Shown in pieces: positions 48,929-60,610 of a stretch of DNA of 64,000 nt. A program made the position numbers and the translations under genes. Positions within the stretch are counted from its first letter, which is position 1. Every line of letters starts with the position of its first letter. The notes below the pieces were generated by a model, which saw only the letters and a list, made by a program, of their open reading frames with translations, searched no databases and was not told the DNA's origin. The stretch is taken from NCBI RefSeq assembly GCF_001194135.2, contig NC_068982.1, forward strand, positions 7,873,241 to 7,937,240. The letters are read 5' to 3'. This stretch comes from Octopus bimaculoides. Lineage: Eukaryota.

Positions 48929-51374
48929 TAATTGATATTCTAACAGAACCTCCATGTTCAAGTGGAGATTAAGATTGCCTTTTGAAATTAATACTGCTTC
49001 CGTCACTCATCATCATTGTTTAGCATCCGTTTTTCCTGCTGATGTGACTGTCGGCGGCGAATACTGTATCTTATTTTTAATGTTTTTGATTGTAAGGTAT
49101 AACAAATATTATTATTTCTTAAGTAAGAAGCTATAATGGTAAACTCGTCACTTATAACTTAATTATAAGTATTTATCACCATGCATAACTCTTAATTCAG
49201 GCTGCGTAAATGTTATGATGAATTATACATACCAAGACGCTGAATGTGTGTTTGATGCGTGCATGTATGTTGAAGATATGGATTTGTATTCTTTTAACCG
49301 TTACATAAAAAAATATACACAATTTCATAAATACAGAAATAAATTTAACAAGTTGAAAGAACATGAAGTAAAAGAAAATAATTTCTACATTAGTTTATTT
49401 ATGTACATTTGGCATTTATAGTACAATTGGAAAGTAAGGACATTTTGTCTGAGAGAATTATGACTTAAAATTCACACTAACTAATCTTTCATACTAACTA
49501 CTAGAGTTCACAACAATTCAATCTTGTTGGATTTGAGTAATGAACATGGCATAAAGATTAGCTGATACTCAAAAGGGTGAGTGTCGTGGATTTGAGTGAC
49601 AATCAACGATCACTGGAGAATTTCCCCAAAATCAGGGTTTTTATAACTACTCATACACGAATTCTAAGAACCGTACTTTGTGAAAGATTTCTTTAATGAA
49701 AGTTCAGAATTTGTATATGAGCAGTAATTTCTAACCAATGAGAAATCAACAATTTCTCCTGTTCGGGCAAGTGAACCGATGTTCTCTCTGTGCCTCTTAT
49801 GAGTTTGCTACACTGACTTGGGTAAAACAGTTTGACTGGGGCTGATAAGCCAGAGAGCTGCACTAGGCTGTAGTCTGTTTTCTCTTGTTTCTACGGCTGG
49901 ATACCCAACATAATACTAACAACTTCACAGTATGTGCTGGGTAGCTTTTATGTTACTACTAATTATATTTTAAGAAGCTCACATGTAATTTGTGACACTA
50001 ATGCCTAAATAGACATTAATATTCTATATATTGTTGAGAGGAGATATAGCTGTTATGTTGCTGCACAGCTGTCACTGATGAGCCCATAGCAGGATGAAAT
50101 CACCTGATATTTACATTTATTCTTTTTTAACTTGTTTCAGTCATGCTGGAGCACTGCTTTTAGTCAAACAAATCAACCCTAGGACTTATTCTTTGTAAGC
50201 CTAGTACTTATTCTTTGTAAGCCTAGTACTTATTCTATCAGTCACTTTTGCTGAACCACTAAGTTACGGGGACATAAACACACCAACATTGGTTGTCAAA
50301 TGAAGGTGGGGCAACAAACACAGGCACACAAACATATACGTACATATATATATATATCATCATCATCATCATCGTTTAACGTCCGCTTTCCATGCTAGCA
50401 TGGGTTGGACGATTTGACTGAGGACTGGTGAAACCGGATGGCAACACCAGGCTCCAATCTAATTTGGCAGAGTTTCTACAGCTGGATGCCCTTCCTAACG
50501 CCAACCACTCAATATATATATACATATATATATGTATACATGCATGTATATTTGTGACGGACTTCTCACAAGGCTTTGGTCGGCCTGAGGCTATAGTTGA
50601 AGTTGTTTGCCCAAGGTTCCACACTGGGACTGAACTCTGAACCATGTGGTTGGGAAGCAAGCTTCTTATCACACAGCCACATTATTCAGTCTCTTTCTTT
50701 TAAATGATAAAGTGTTGTTTAAAAAGACCTTATAAAGACTGCTTTATTAGCTCCAGATATAAATAGGTATTAAGCAGTAGTACAGCTTCCTATTGTAAGC
50801 TGTAGGGTCATTAACATTGATGGATACCTTGTTTATTTCCAGTACTGAGTTCAACTTCTTTTGTGAGTACTGCTTGAGGAGGGAGGGATTTCATCAGCCT
50901 CATTTGTTCAAGATGAAATATTTAATGGTGCCTGAATTATCTACTGATCCATAAGATTATGGTAAATATGTAAATTAAGCAAATCACTTTGACAATAAAT
51001 TAAATAAGAGCAAAAAGAAAATGAGAAAATGAGAAGAGCAAAAAGAAAGTGAGGTATTGAGGAAAAGTTTACGAAATTTGGTAAGTTCTGTATAATAAAT
51101 TTTTTTTTAGTCTAAAGGTTTTATTTCATCAGAAATATAGTTTCTGAGAAGTAACCATAGTGTTTCTAATGGAAATGGTCATTTAAGAGTTTGGAATTGA
51201 GAGTTAGTAGTCATGGCAGGCATTCAACATGTAAAACGAAAATATTTGACCACTATATTGTACCTCATCTAGGCATTAATGATTTAGAAAAGATTATTTA
51301 TGAAAATTCAGAAACTCAAAGTGACCTGAAAAGATATTTCAAACAGTGTAGAAGTGATATAAAGAATGGCTTAC

Positions 51375-51545
51375 ATTTTTTGTCTGTATTGCAAGCTTCT
51401 AATTCAGTAGAGTTACCAACACATTCTTTGCCACCACACTGCGGTAATGGGTTTGAACATGAACGCTGTCTTTGCCTGAAACCACCCGGCTCGCATGAGT
51501 CACTGCAGTCACTCCATTCAGTCCATTCAGTCCAGTTACCATCAA
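51375..51545 (-). CDS. SCO-spondin-like exon: TSP1 repeat
   Basis: ttcttttag|TT...T|gtaagc; (I)DGNWTEWTEWSDCSDSCEPGGFRQRQRSCSNPLPQCGGKECVGNSTELEACNTDKK; phase 1-1. Confidence 0.94.
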
Positions 51546-52408
51546 CTAAAAAGAAAAAAATATTAATTGAAAGGAAAAATACGTTTATGTAGATACTTAG
51601 AAATATAAAAGCAAACAAACAAACCCTCACACATACACAAGCATATATATTTATACAAATATAATCACCTTCTTTGTTACTGTATTTATTTTGAGATGCT
51701 CTGTGCCTCTTTCAATTACTTTAAATTGTTAGTAAATTTAGTAAAATAACTTTGTTATTAAGCTAGTGTTAGGAGCATAAATTGTGACTAAGGTTTGATG
51801 GAAGATTTTAACTCAAAAGTTATGAAAACAAGACATTTATACTCAGAGCCAGAGCTGTTTGGTAACAAAATGGTTAATCAATTACGATAAAAATAATGTA
51901 TGTGGAAGAGGGAACAAAATGATACACACTATTATTATTTAAATTAATAAGGAATTATGGTACTTCCCTATCATCAACAGCCAATTTTGTTTTATTTACT
52001 AAAGGATTAGTAAATAAACTATTATATTCATGTGGTAGAATTAACAGTTGATCAGCTGACTTTTGAAATAGTTATCACCACCTTATTTAGAAGGAAAAGG
52101 TCAAGGAGCTGACTAAAATGAAAACTATGAACATGAAGTTGAAGATCCACTTTGTTTTACATCAATAAACATTCAAACAAAAACAAACAAACAAACAAAC
52201 ATATTTATACAGATGCTTGCTATTAACTTTTTATTGTTTCGGTCATTAAACTATGGCTATGCTGATTGTGTACTGTCTTGGAAAAGATTAGTTGATCAAA
52301 TTGATTCCAGTATCACTTTCTTTAAATCTGGTATATATTCTGTTAGTTTTTTATTGCTGAATTGCTAAGTTACAAAAACACACGCGCGCGCGCGCGCACA
52401 CACACACA

Positions 52409-52442
<34 letters not shown>

Positions 52443-52989
52443 ATAGGCTTTTGCACTGTTTCTGTTTAGTAAATTTGCTCATTTGTCATTGGCTTCCTAG
52501 ATTATAGTAAAAGGCATCAACCCAAGGTGTATGCATGTATCACTGTATCACCAGACTATCGAATATTGTTATATATCACCAATCCCAATGAGATTCTTTG
52601 CATTGGTGTAGCTTTTGAATGATGCAAACATTCCCCTTGAATAGAATATCAGTCCACTGCAGGGTTACTCGTTACAACTGAGTTAACTGAAACAAAATGG
52701 AACAAAGTTAGGCACATTTCTACCAGGATCTTCCTGCCACATATTACTGCATGTCTTCACTCTAGGAAATAAAGTCTTAACTTTCTCAGTTTGTCCTAGC
52801 AGCTGATCTATTATAGTGATGAGCATTTTTTTTGGCTTATAGCTTTGGATTGGTTCAAGTTCCACAATTTTATGCTTAAGCAGTTATCACAATTGGGAGC
52901 AATAGTCTAGATGGCTAAAAACAAATGTCTTCCAGAGGACAATCAAGGTTTCCTGCCCTCATGAAATTTGTGTTTTTGTGATCACATGT

Positions 52990-53700
52990 ATACTGTAGTC
53001 TGCAATTCTGTCATGGACAGGAAGTTGGAATAAAGAGCCAATGTGAAATTTTGTGTCAAACTTGAAAAGTCTGCTACAGTGACATTCAGCATGCTTTGGC
53101 AAGCCTACAACAATGAGGCAGGGAGTTGTATGCAGTACTTAGAGTGGCATGGCACTTCAAAAATAGAAGAACCTTCCTGGAAGACCTGTCACAAGTGTCA
53201 CCCCTAGAAATGTGGTATTGTGCATTGAAAATTTTCCCCCCAGGGCCAGATCATCAATTGAAATTTCTACTGTGACATTTTGAAGCATTTGAGGGAGGAC
53301 ATTCAGTAAAAGCAACCAATTGTTTCAAGCACAAAGAACTGAAATCTTCACCAAGCTCTACTCACTTGTGAGTTTCTCACCAAAATCAACATGGTATTGC
53401 TTCCACACCTGCCCTATTCACAAGATTTAGCATGAGTAGACTTCTATCTCTTCCCCAAGATGAAAATGCAGCTCAAAAGTCACCATTCTAACACTGTTAT
53501 GAAGATCCAGTGCAAATAGCAGATGGTCCTCAACTCATTTAGAGATAACAACTTCCAGGCCAGATTTCAAAAGAGCCAGGGATACTGGGATCAGTATATT
53601 GCTGCACATGGTGACTATTTTGAAGGAGATGATGTTCAAACTTAGGTAAATAAGTTATTTTTTATTAAACAAGACTAGTCTGGGATCCTTTTGATACCTT
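52990..53700 (+). mobile_element. Internally deleted mariner element
   Basis: Decayed ANVKFCVKL.KSA..T..ML..AY, PH.PYSQDLA..DFYLFPKMK..LK and YFEGD motifs; TIR-like end GGATCCTTTTGATACC. Confidence 0.8.
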
Positions 53701-53954
53701 CTGTTCTCCATGATAAAAATGTAACTCAAAGATTGCTGTTTTAACACTGTTGTCAAGATCCAGAGCAAATTGCAGACTCCTTAAGTTGCTTATGGGAAAT
53801 GACTTCCAAGCCATTTGGTTGGTAAACAAGCTAATTATCACTCAGCCACTCCTGCGCGTATATGTATATTTATTTACACACACTCACACAAATGAATAGA
53901 AACAGATATAGACAGATTATCAGTTATCTAGATAATTAAAAAGATATTACTTAC

Positions 53955-54004
53955 TTATTGAGAATTCGTTTTTGAAACATGTTTCATTGAAGCCTTCACA
54001 GTAA
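53955..54004 (-). CDS. SCO-spondin-like micro-exon: end of TILa/VWC-like module
   Basis: ttttttcag|T...A|gtaagt; (C)YCEGFNETCFKNEFSI; phase 2 to 1, exactly bridging the exons at 57973 and 51545. Confidence 0.85.
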
Positions 54005-54569
54005 CTGAAAAAATAATTTTCATTAAATTGTAAAATTCTACTTCTAAATATATGAAATCTAGAGAAAAAAAACTCTTCTGATAATTTCATTGGTCATAAT
54101 TTTATTTACTCAGCACTTTATCAAATTATAGATATTAAGTGAAATTATACACTCCAGTATATTATCGCCTTTTTTCAATTTTCAATGAATTTTTTAAAGA
54201 TACTAAGTAGTTCAAATAAAATTCTCTCCATCCTTGAAGTTTTGTTTTGAAGACCAGTTTTTCCATTTTTCCCTCTTCCTTTTCTAGACTACAACACTAA
54301 CTTTTTGATAGTTTCTTTCTTTTTCTTTCTCTGAAGTTCATTCTGTTCTGTCACATGATTTGTTTTCTTTTTTCTTTTCTATAACCTAGTTAATTCCACA
54401 TTTCACTTGAAAATTTTTGTTACCTGGTTGTTAGTCTGCTAGCTCTTAGGTATTTAAAAAAATTTATATTGCAATTGGGGAACAGAAGAGTCATTGGTTA
54501 CATGAGACACATGCTTCAGCATCACCAGCAAGAAATGAAAACATCAATTTATTTTACTATATCTATAAA

Positions 54570-55020
54570 CAAGAAATATTCTTTTCTCTTCTAGGCACAA
54601 AGCCCAAACTTTATGTGGGAGGAGGCCAATCGATTAAATTGACCCCAGTATGCAACTGGTACTTAATTTATCGACCCCGAAAGGATGAAAGGCAAAGTCG
54701 ACCTCAGCGGAATTTGAACTCAGAATGTAAAGACAGACAAAATATCACTAAGCATTTTGCCTGGTGTGCTAACTTTTCTGCCAGCTCGCCACCTTATCAA
54801 CAAGAAATATTCTTTTCTGCTCGAGGCACAAGGCCCGAAATCTTTGGGGAGGGGGGGCCATTCGATTAGATCAGCCTCAGTACAAACTGGTACTTAATTT
54901 ATCGATCCTGAAAGGCAGAGTCAACCTCGGCAGAATTTGAACTCAGAACGTAAAGACAGACGAAATACTGCTAAGCATTTTGCCCAGTGTGCTAACATTT
55001 TTGCCAGCTTTCCGCCTTGT
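54570..55020 (-). mobile_element. Tandem dimer of the second SINE family
   Basis: Two ~225-bp head-to-tail copies, both beginning AAGAAATATTCTTTTCT on the plus strand. Confidence 0.8.
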
Positions 55021-55249
55021 ATAGAATTAAATATTAAGAAGAAACTGAAGTTTGTCACACATCATGTGACCTCTTCATTGATTCTGTATCCCACATGACT
55101 CCTTTTGTTCTGCTTAGTCCACACATACACACACACACACGTATATATAGGATAGACACGCACAATAACCTTTTACACAATTGCATTACACAGAAATATA
55201 GGCGTACTACCCAAACACATACAACAACATTAACAGTGAAGCCAAACAG

Positions 55250-57300
55250 ATAGCAATTAGTCTAAGTATATCAGATAGGGTAGAATTTTAGCCAAAAGAA
55301 ATGCCTTCATTACAATCAAAGACCACAAGCCAAATTTTGCCTCTAACCCCAAATGATGCCTGATCAATCTGGCCAAATTCAAGATTGGCCAGGCAAACAA
55401 ACATATTCTGAAGAAGATCAATGCTGGCATAAGGAGAACCTGTGGTCTCTCTCTATGGTGCAGCACCAAAGAGGTGACCTAATGGTTTAATGCCAACTAG
55501 CAGAGGGGCAGAGGAAGGTTCACACAATTAGACATAGTTGATTTTTACCTCTTTATATTAAACAGGTTGCTGATCAAAGTACTTAACTTTGCTAAGGGTT
55601 TCACAGACATTAGCGAGAGGGACACTGATGTTATCATGCATACCAGGAGAATGGTGCTGTTCAATAAAGATTCGATGTGGTGAAGGGAGCCTTTGACAGA
55701 ACTGACACGTGTGATCTCATTGGACTATACATTCTGGACACCTTAGGGAAGAAATTCCCTTCAGTCCTCTTCAGTCTCTACAGAGATGACACTCTGGCCA
55801 TCTCTAGAGGAGCCTATAGGCACACATTTGATATATTTAGAAAGGACCTGATTAGCACCCTAGGCTCCATGAGATTCACAATTACTATTGAGATGAGCCT
55901 CACTACAGTAGACTTCCTAGATGTTACCTTAGACTTGGGCTCTGGTACACACAGGCCTTATCACAAGCCAAATGAGAGGCTGTCTTATATCAATAGAGCA
56001 TCCTGCCACCTCCCTATCATGTTCAAGAACCATAGTGAAGGGTGTCAGCAAGAGGATCTTGAATTTATCCTCAAGTTAAGTGGGTTTAAGAAGTACATCT
56101 ACATACCAGCTCCTAGCACGCACAAAAGAAAGCGCTGCTGAAACGTCATTTGGTTTTCCCCATCCTTCTCACTCAACGTTAAGACTTGTGTGGGAAGAAT
56201 ATTCCTCAGGTTAGTAGACAAACTCTGCATTTAGACACACATGTGGACATTTGTTTAATAGGCACAACCTAAGGATCTCCTTTAGTTGTGCACCTAACAG
56301 GAAAAGTATACTAGCTAACACCCATAAAACATGGGATGAGGCTGGTTGCTCTTACAGGGTGTACAGTGACTGTCCAGTGGGATACCAATGTGAGGCCAAA
56401 GGAGTCATCTATGAGGCTGTGGTGATACCCAGACCTAGTGACCATTAGAAATAGCAGTAGTGGATCATTGAACAACATTGACAGTATAGGCATCACCGAT
56501 TTGCAGAAACACCAATGACCCCAGCACCAGCACTACGGCTGAAGAGGATGGCCATGCTGATATCAGCATCACCAATGAGGCCACCAGCCCTAAAAACACT
56601 GTTACCAATGATGACACCCACATCACCATTGGTGACAGTAGCACCAATGCCATGGTCAGGGATGACCACCATAACAACAACAGCCACAGCAATATTGCCC
56701 ACACCTTGTAGTGATAACAATACCAATGGCAGCCCCAGCAACATTAGTGGCAACATCTCCAGGCCCTGTGCCAACTGAAGATGTGTCAGTAATGTGAGCA
56801 CAACCAACACCCAAGTCTGGAAGTATATCAGGTCAGCCGTAAGTGACTCCTGTACAATCATAGGTTCTTTTTCAGAATTCCAGAAAGACAATTCATCACA
56901 TCCCTGGCTAGCCACATGAAGCCTCAAAGATGAAAGGACCTCATCCAATATCAAGTGGAAGATCTTCGAGTAGCTGGGATCCTACATTAACAGGAATGAA
57001 CGCTGTAAGCTTTGTACAGCTGAGCGAGCAAGAATACTCAAAGATACCCTGAAACCTGGATCACTGAGCACTTGCCAAAAAATCTTCACAGTATGCATCC
57101 ATTTTAAACACTACTTGCTACAAGCATGGAATTTCTCATATTAGAAAGGTCGTTACGATCCAAAAGCAGCATAAGGGATAAATTCNNNNNNNNNNNNNNN
57201 NNNNNNNNNNNNNNNNNNNNNNNNNNNNNNNNNNNNNNNNNNNNNNNNNNNNNNNNNNTGGTTCATGGGAAACTGGTCTAAGGGAGATAACTCATCCTCA
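55250..57300 (+). mobile_element. Degenerate Penelope-like element (RT + GIY-YIG endonuclease)
   Basis: FITIKDHKPNF..NPK..LIN, FTQLDIVDFY, LYRDDTL, VDFLDVTLDL...HRPYHKPN, then CP...CEAKGVIYEA ... KYIRS ... IKWKI ... RCKLCTAE. Confidence 0.88.
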
Positions 57301-57972
57301 CTGAACCAGGACTATTCTTTGGTGACTAACTGACCAAATAACCACAATGGATTCCTGCTTCCAAGAGGTGAAGAGTTACATTTGTCTTTGGCTTTAGAGT
57401 TTGATGAGATGTCCACAGGGCTAAGGCTTTTGCAGATGCAAAACCATTGGTCACTCTGTGACCAGACATAGACTTAACTACTTATAAATACATTACTGCT
57501 CTATGCTTTAGAGTGTGTTTCATATTTGGATATATAATCTAATGACGATATATACATACAAACACAGCCAGTATGAATTCATGCTTATACTTCATAGTAA
57601 GATTTTTAGAATTCATTACAGGAGCCATAGCTATTATGATTTTAACCTACATCAAGGACTACTTAAAATTTTGTACCATTGCCTCTGTAATTACAAGAAA
57701 ATTGCAGCGAGGCTGCCTGATTTTGATGGTAGATGTGGCATGCAGACCATCATATATATCTTCTTTTACTCTCAACTTCCATTTCATTTTGACATGTTCA
57801 TTGCATTTTTATTCTTCTTTTCTGTTTTATGAATTCAGTGTGAACATGCACATAGAATGTTCATACTTCTCTTTTCGGTCTTTACTCAAAACTGTTTACA
57901 GATTGCAATCAACATTTGATGGTTGTGAAAAAAATAAGAAGAAAACAAAAAAATAAAATGAGCATAACTTAC

Positions 57973-58119
57973 CATTTTTCGCAAATATCTTCTCGCATCA
58001 ATTCAAAATTAGCAAACCCAATGTCAGAAATATTGCAGACAGGTGGACATGATTGCATGGCACAGGGCTCATATTCCTCATAGTCTTCTGTACAGTTTGT
58101 ATTTCCCTCTTTTAGCGTT
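57973..58119 (-). CDS. SCO-spondin-like exon: end of a TSP1 repeat and start of a TILa/VWC-like module (most 5' exon found)
   Basis: tcttattacag|A...TG|gtaagt; TLKEGNTNCTEDYEEYEPCAMQSCPPVCNISDIGFANFELMREDICEK; phase 2-2. Confidence 0.85.
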
Positions 58120-59320
58120 CTGTAATAAGAATGGTCATTAAGACCAAAATAATGAGATAAAGTAACTATGTATTTATATTACATGGAAAAATGCGAGCAA
58201 GAAAGGTAATATTCTTAAGATTATAAACCTGGAAAAGTACAGGACAAGTTATTACACCTATAAAAGTATAGGACAAACTATTACTTCAAGTAAAGTAAAG
58301 AATAAGAAACTTTTTATATTTGACGGATATTTGTCCTCATTTTGTTTGTTGTTAACACAANNNNNNNNNNNNNNNNNNNNNNNNNNNNNNNNNNNNNNNN
58401 NNNNNNNNNNNNNNNNNNNNNNNNNNNNNNNNNNNNNNNNNNNNNNNNNNNNNNNNNNNNNNNNNNNNNNNNNNNNNNNNNNNNNNNNNNNNNNNNNNNN
58501 NNNNNNNNNNNNNNNNNNNNNNNNNNNNNNNNNNNNNNNNNNNNNNNNNNNNNNNNNNNNNNNNNNNNNNNNNNNNNNNNNNNNNNNNNNNNNNNNNNNN
58601 NNNNNNNNNNNNNNNNNNNNNNNNNNNNNNNNNNNNNNNNNNNNNNNNNNNNNNNNNNNNNNNNNNNNNNNNNNNNNNNNNNNNNNNNNNNNNNNNNNNN
58701 NNNNNNNNNNNNNNNNNNNNNNNNNNNNNNNNNNNNNNNNNNNNNNNNNNNNNNNNNNNNNNNNNNNNNNNNNNNNNNNNNNNNNNNNNNNNNNNNNNNN
58801 NNNNNNNNNNNNNNNNNNNNNNNNNNNNNNNNNNNNNNNNNNNNNNNNNNNNNNNNNNNNNNNNNNNNNNNNNNNNNNNNNNNNNNNNNNNNNNNNNNNN
58901 NNNNNNNNNNNNNNNNNNNNNNNNNNNNNNNNNNNNNNNNNNNNNNNNNNNNNNNNNNNNNNNNNNNNNNNNNNNNNNNNNNNNNNNNNNNNNNNNNNNN
59001 NNNNNNNNNNNNNNNNNNNNNNNNNNNNNNNNNNNNNNNNNNNNNNNNNNNNNNNNNNNNNNNNNNNNNNNNNNNNNNNNNNNNNNNNNNNNNNNNNNNN
59101 NNNNNNNNNNNNNNNNNNNNNNNNNNNNNNNNNNNNNNNNNNNNNNNNNNNNNNNNNNNNNNNNNNNNNNNNNNNNNNNNNNNNNNNNNNNNNNNNNNNN
59201 NNNNNNNNNNNNNNNNNNNNNNNNNNNNNNNNNNNNNNNNNNNNNNNNNNNNNNNNNNNNNNNNNNNNNNNNNNNNNNNNNNNNNNNNNNNNNNNNNNNN
59301 GGCTTTTCTTGCCATCGTTT

Positions 59321-59668
59321 TATCATGATCCATTGCTGTTCTAGTTTTAGTTTGGATTTCATTTGTTTTTTAGCTTTTGTTGTTTCTTATTCTTCTTCAT
59401 ATTTGTTAGGTAGTATGATTTCTTGTTTGTATTTGTCAACTTCCTTAAATACTGAAAACAGTTTTTTGTTTTGCTCGTGTTTTGTGGCTATTTGTATTAG
59501 TTTTCCTTGCTTCTGAAGTACGTATTTTTGTAGTCCTATGGTGGTTATTTTATAATAGCTTTCCAGCTGTATAAGACCCCTACCACCTTCTGTACGTTGT
59601 ATATATAGCCTTTCTATGTCAGATTTTGGGTGGTGCATCCTAGATCCTGTCATTATTTTTCTTGTTTT
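59321..59668 (-). mobile_element. R4/Dong-like non-LTR retrotransposon fragment
   Basis: KTRKIMTGSRMHHPKSDIERLYIQRTEGGRGLIQLESYYKITTIGL is typical of the post-RT region of RLE-type LINEs. It runs into an N-gap. Confidence 0.75.
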
Positions 59669-59699
59669 ATAATAATAATAATAATTATTATTATTGTTG

Positions 59700-59730
<31 letters not shown>

Positions 59731-59731
<1 letters not shown>

Positions 59732-59800
59732 CAGGTTGCTGCCTGGAATCGAACTCGGAATCTTGGGGTTAATAGCTGCGCTCTTAACCACTATGCCATA
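59731..59800 (-). mobile_element. Short tRNA-derived SINE (tRNA-like head plus (AAT)n tail)
   Basis: Minus strand TGGCATAGTGGTTAAGAGCGC (A box) ... GAGTTCGATTCC (B box), then (AAT)n directly; no complete cloverleaf. Confidence 0.7.
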
Positions 59801-60140
59801 TATTGCAGCAAAGAATGCCAGTTCTTCTAATTTATCACTCTTTACAGTTCTCATCTCTTAAATTTTTTGTACAAAACTATTCAGCTAATTTGTAAGTTTG
59901 TCTAATTAGTCATTCTGTATTTAAGGTAGTAAATTAGCCAAATTCTACTTAAATAAGTATAGTGTTATTTGTAAACTATAATAAAATAATTTTTAATATT
60001 CAAATTTTAATTTTAGCTGCAATATTTTAAGTAAAAAGTTTCTTATTCTTTACTTGATGTAATAGTTTGTCCTATACTTTTACAGGTGTAATAACTTGTC
60101 CTGTACTTTTCCAGGATTATAATCTTAAGAATATTACTTT

Positions 60141-60610
60141 CCAGATCGAAACTGAACCAAATTTGATGACTGGCACCCATGCCAGTGGAGTGCTAACAGC
60201 ACCATCCGAGTGGGATCACTGCCAGAGCAACGGTCTTGCTCCTATGCCGGTGGCACGTAAAAAGCACCATTTGAGCATGATCATTACCAGCTGCACCTTA
60301 CTGGCACTTGTGCCGGTGGCATGTGAACAAAACATTGAACTGACTTCTGTGCAGGTGGCACATAAAAAACACCATTTGAGCATGGCCATTGCCAGTACTG
60401 CCAGACTGGCCCTCGTGCCGGTGGCACATAGAAAGCACCCACTACATTCTCAGAGTGGTTGGCGTTAGGAAGGGCATCCAGCTGTAGAAACTCTTCCAGA
60501 TCAGATTGGAGTCTGGTGTAGCCATAAGGTTCGCCAGCCCCCAGTCAAATCGTCCAACCCATGCTAGCATGGAAAGCGGACGTTAAATGATGATGATGAT
60601 GATGATGATG
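60141..60610 (+). mobile_element. RTE 3' UTR-only insertion
   Basis: Modular UTR with GTGGCACGTAAAA units and a (GAT)n tail. Confidence 0.88.

Noticed and set aside
49215-49421. 68-aa plus-strand ORF in an intron
   Set aside because: It is AT-rich with no motif and consistent with chance.
52683-52865. Candidate exon (atttcctag|AGTGAAGAC...)
   Set aside because: Joining it to the phase-2 upstream exon creates TGA; the 53955-54004 micro-exon fits instead.
59731-59800. Functional tRNA gene
   Set aside because: A and B boxes are present, but there is no closable acceptor or anticodon stem, and it ends in an (AAT)n tail; treated as a SINE.
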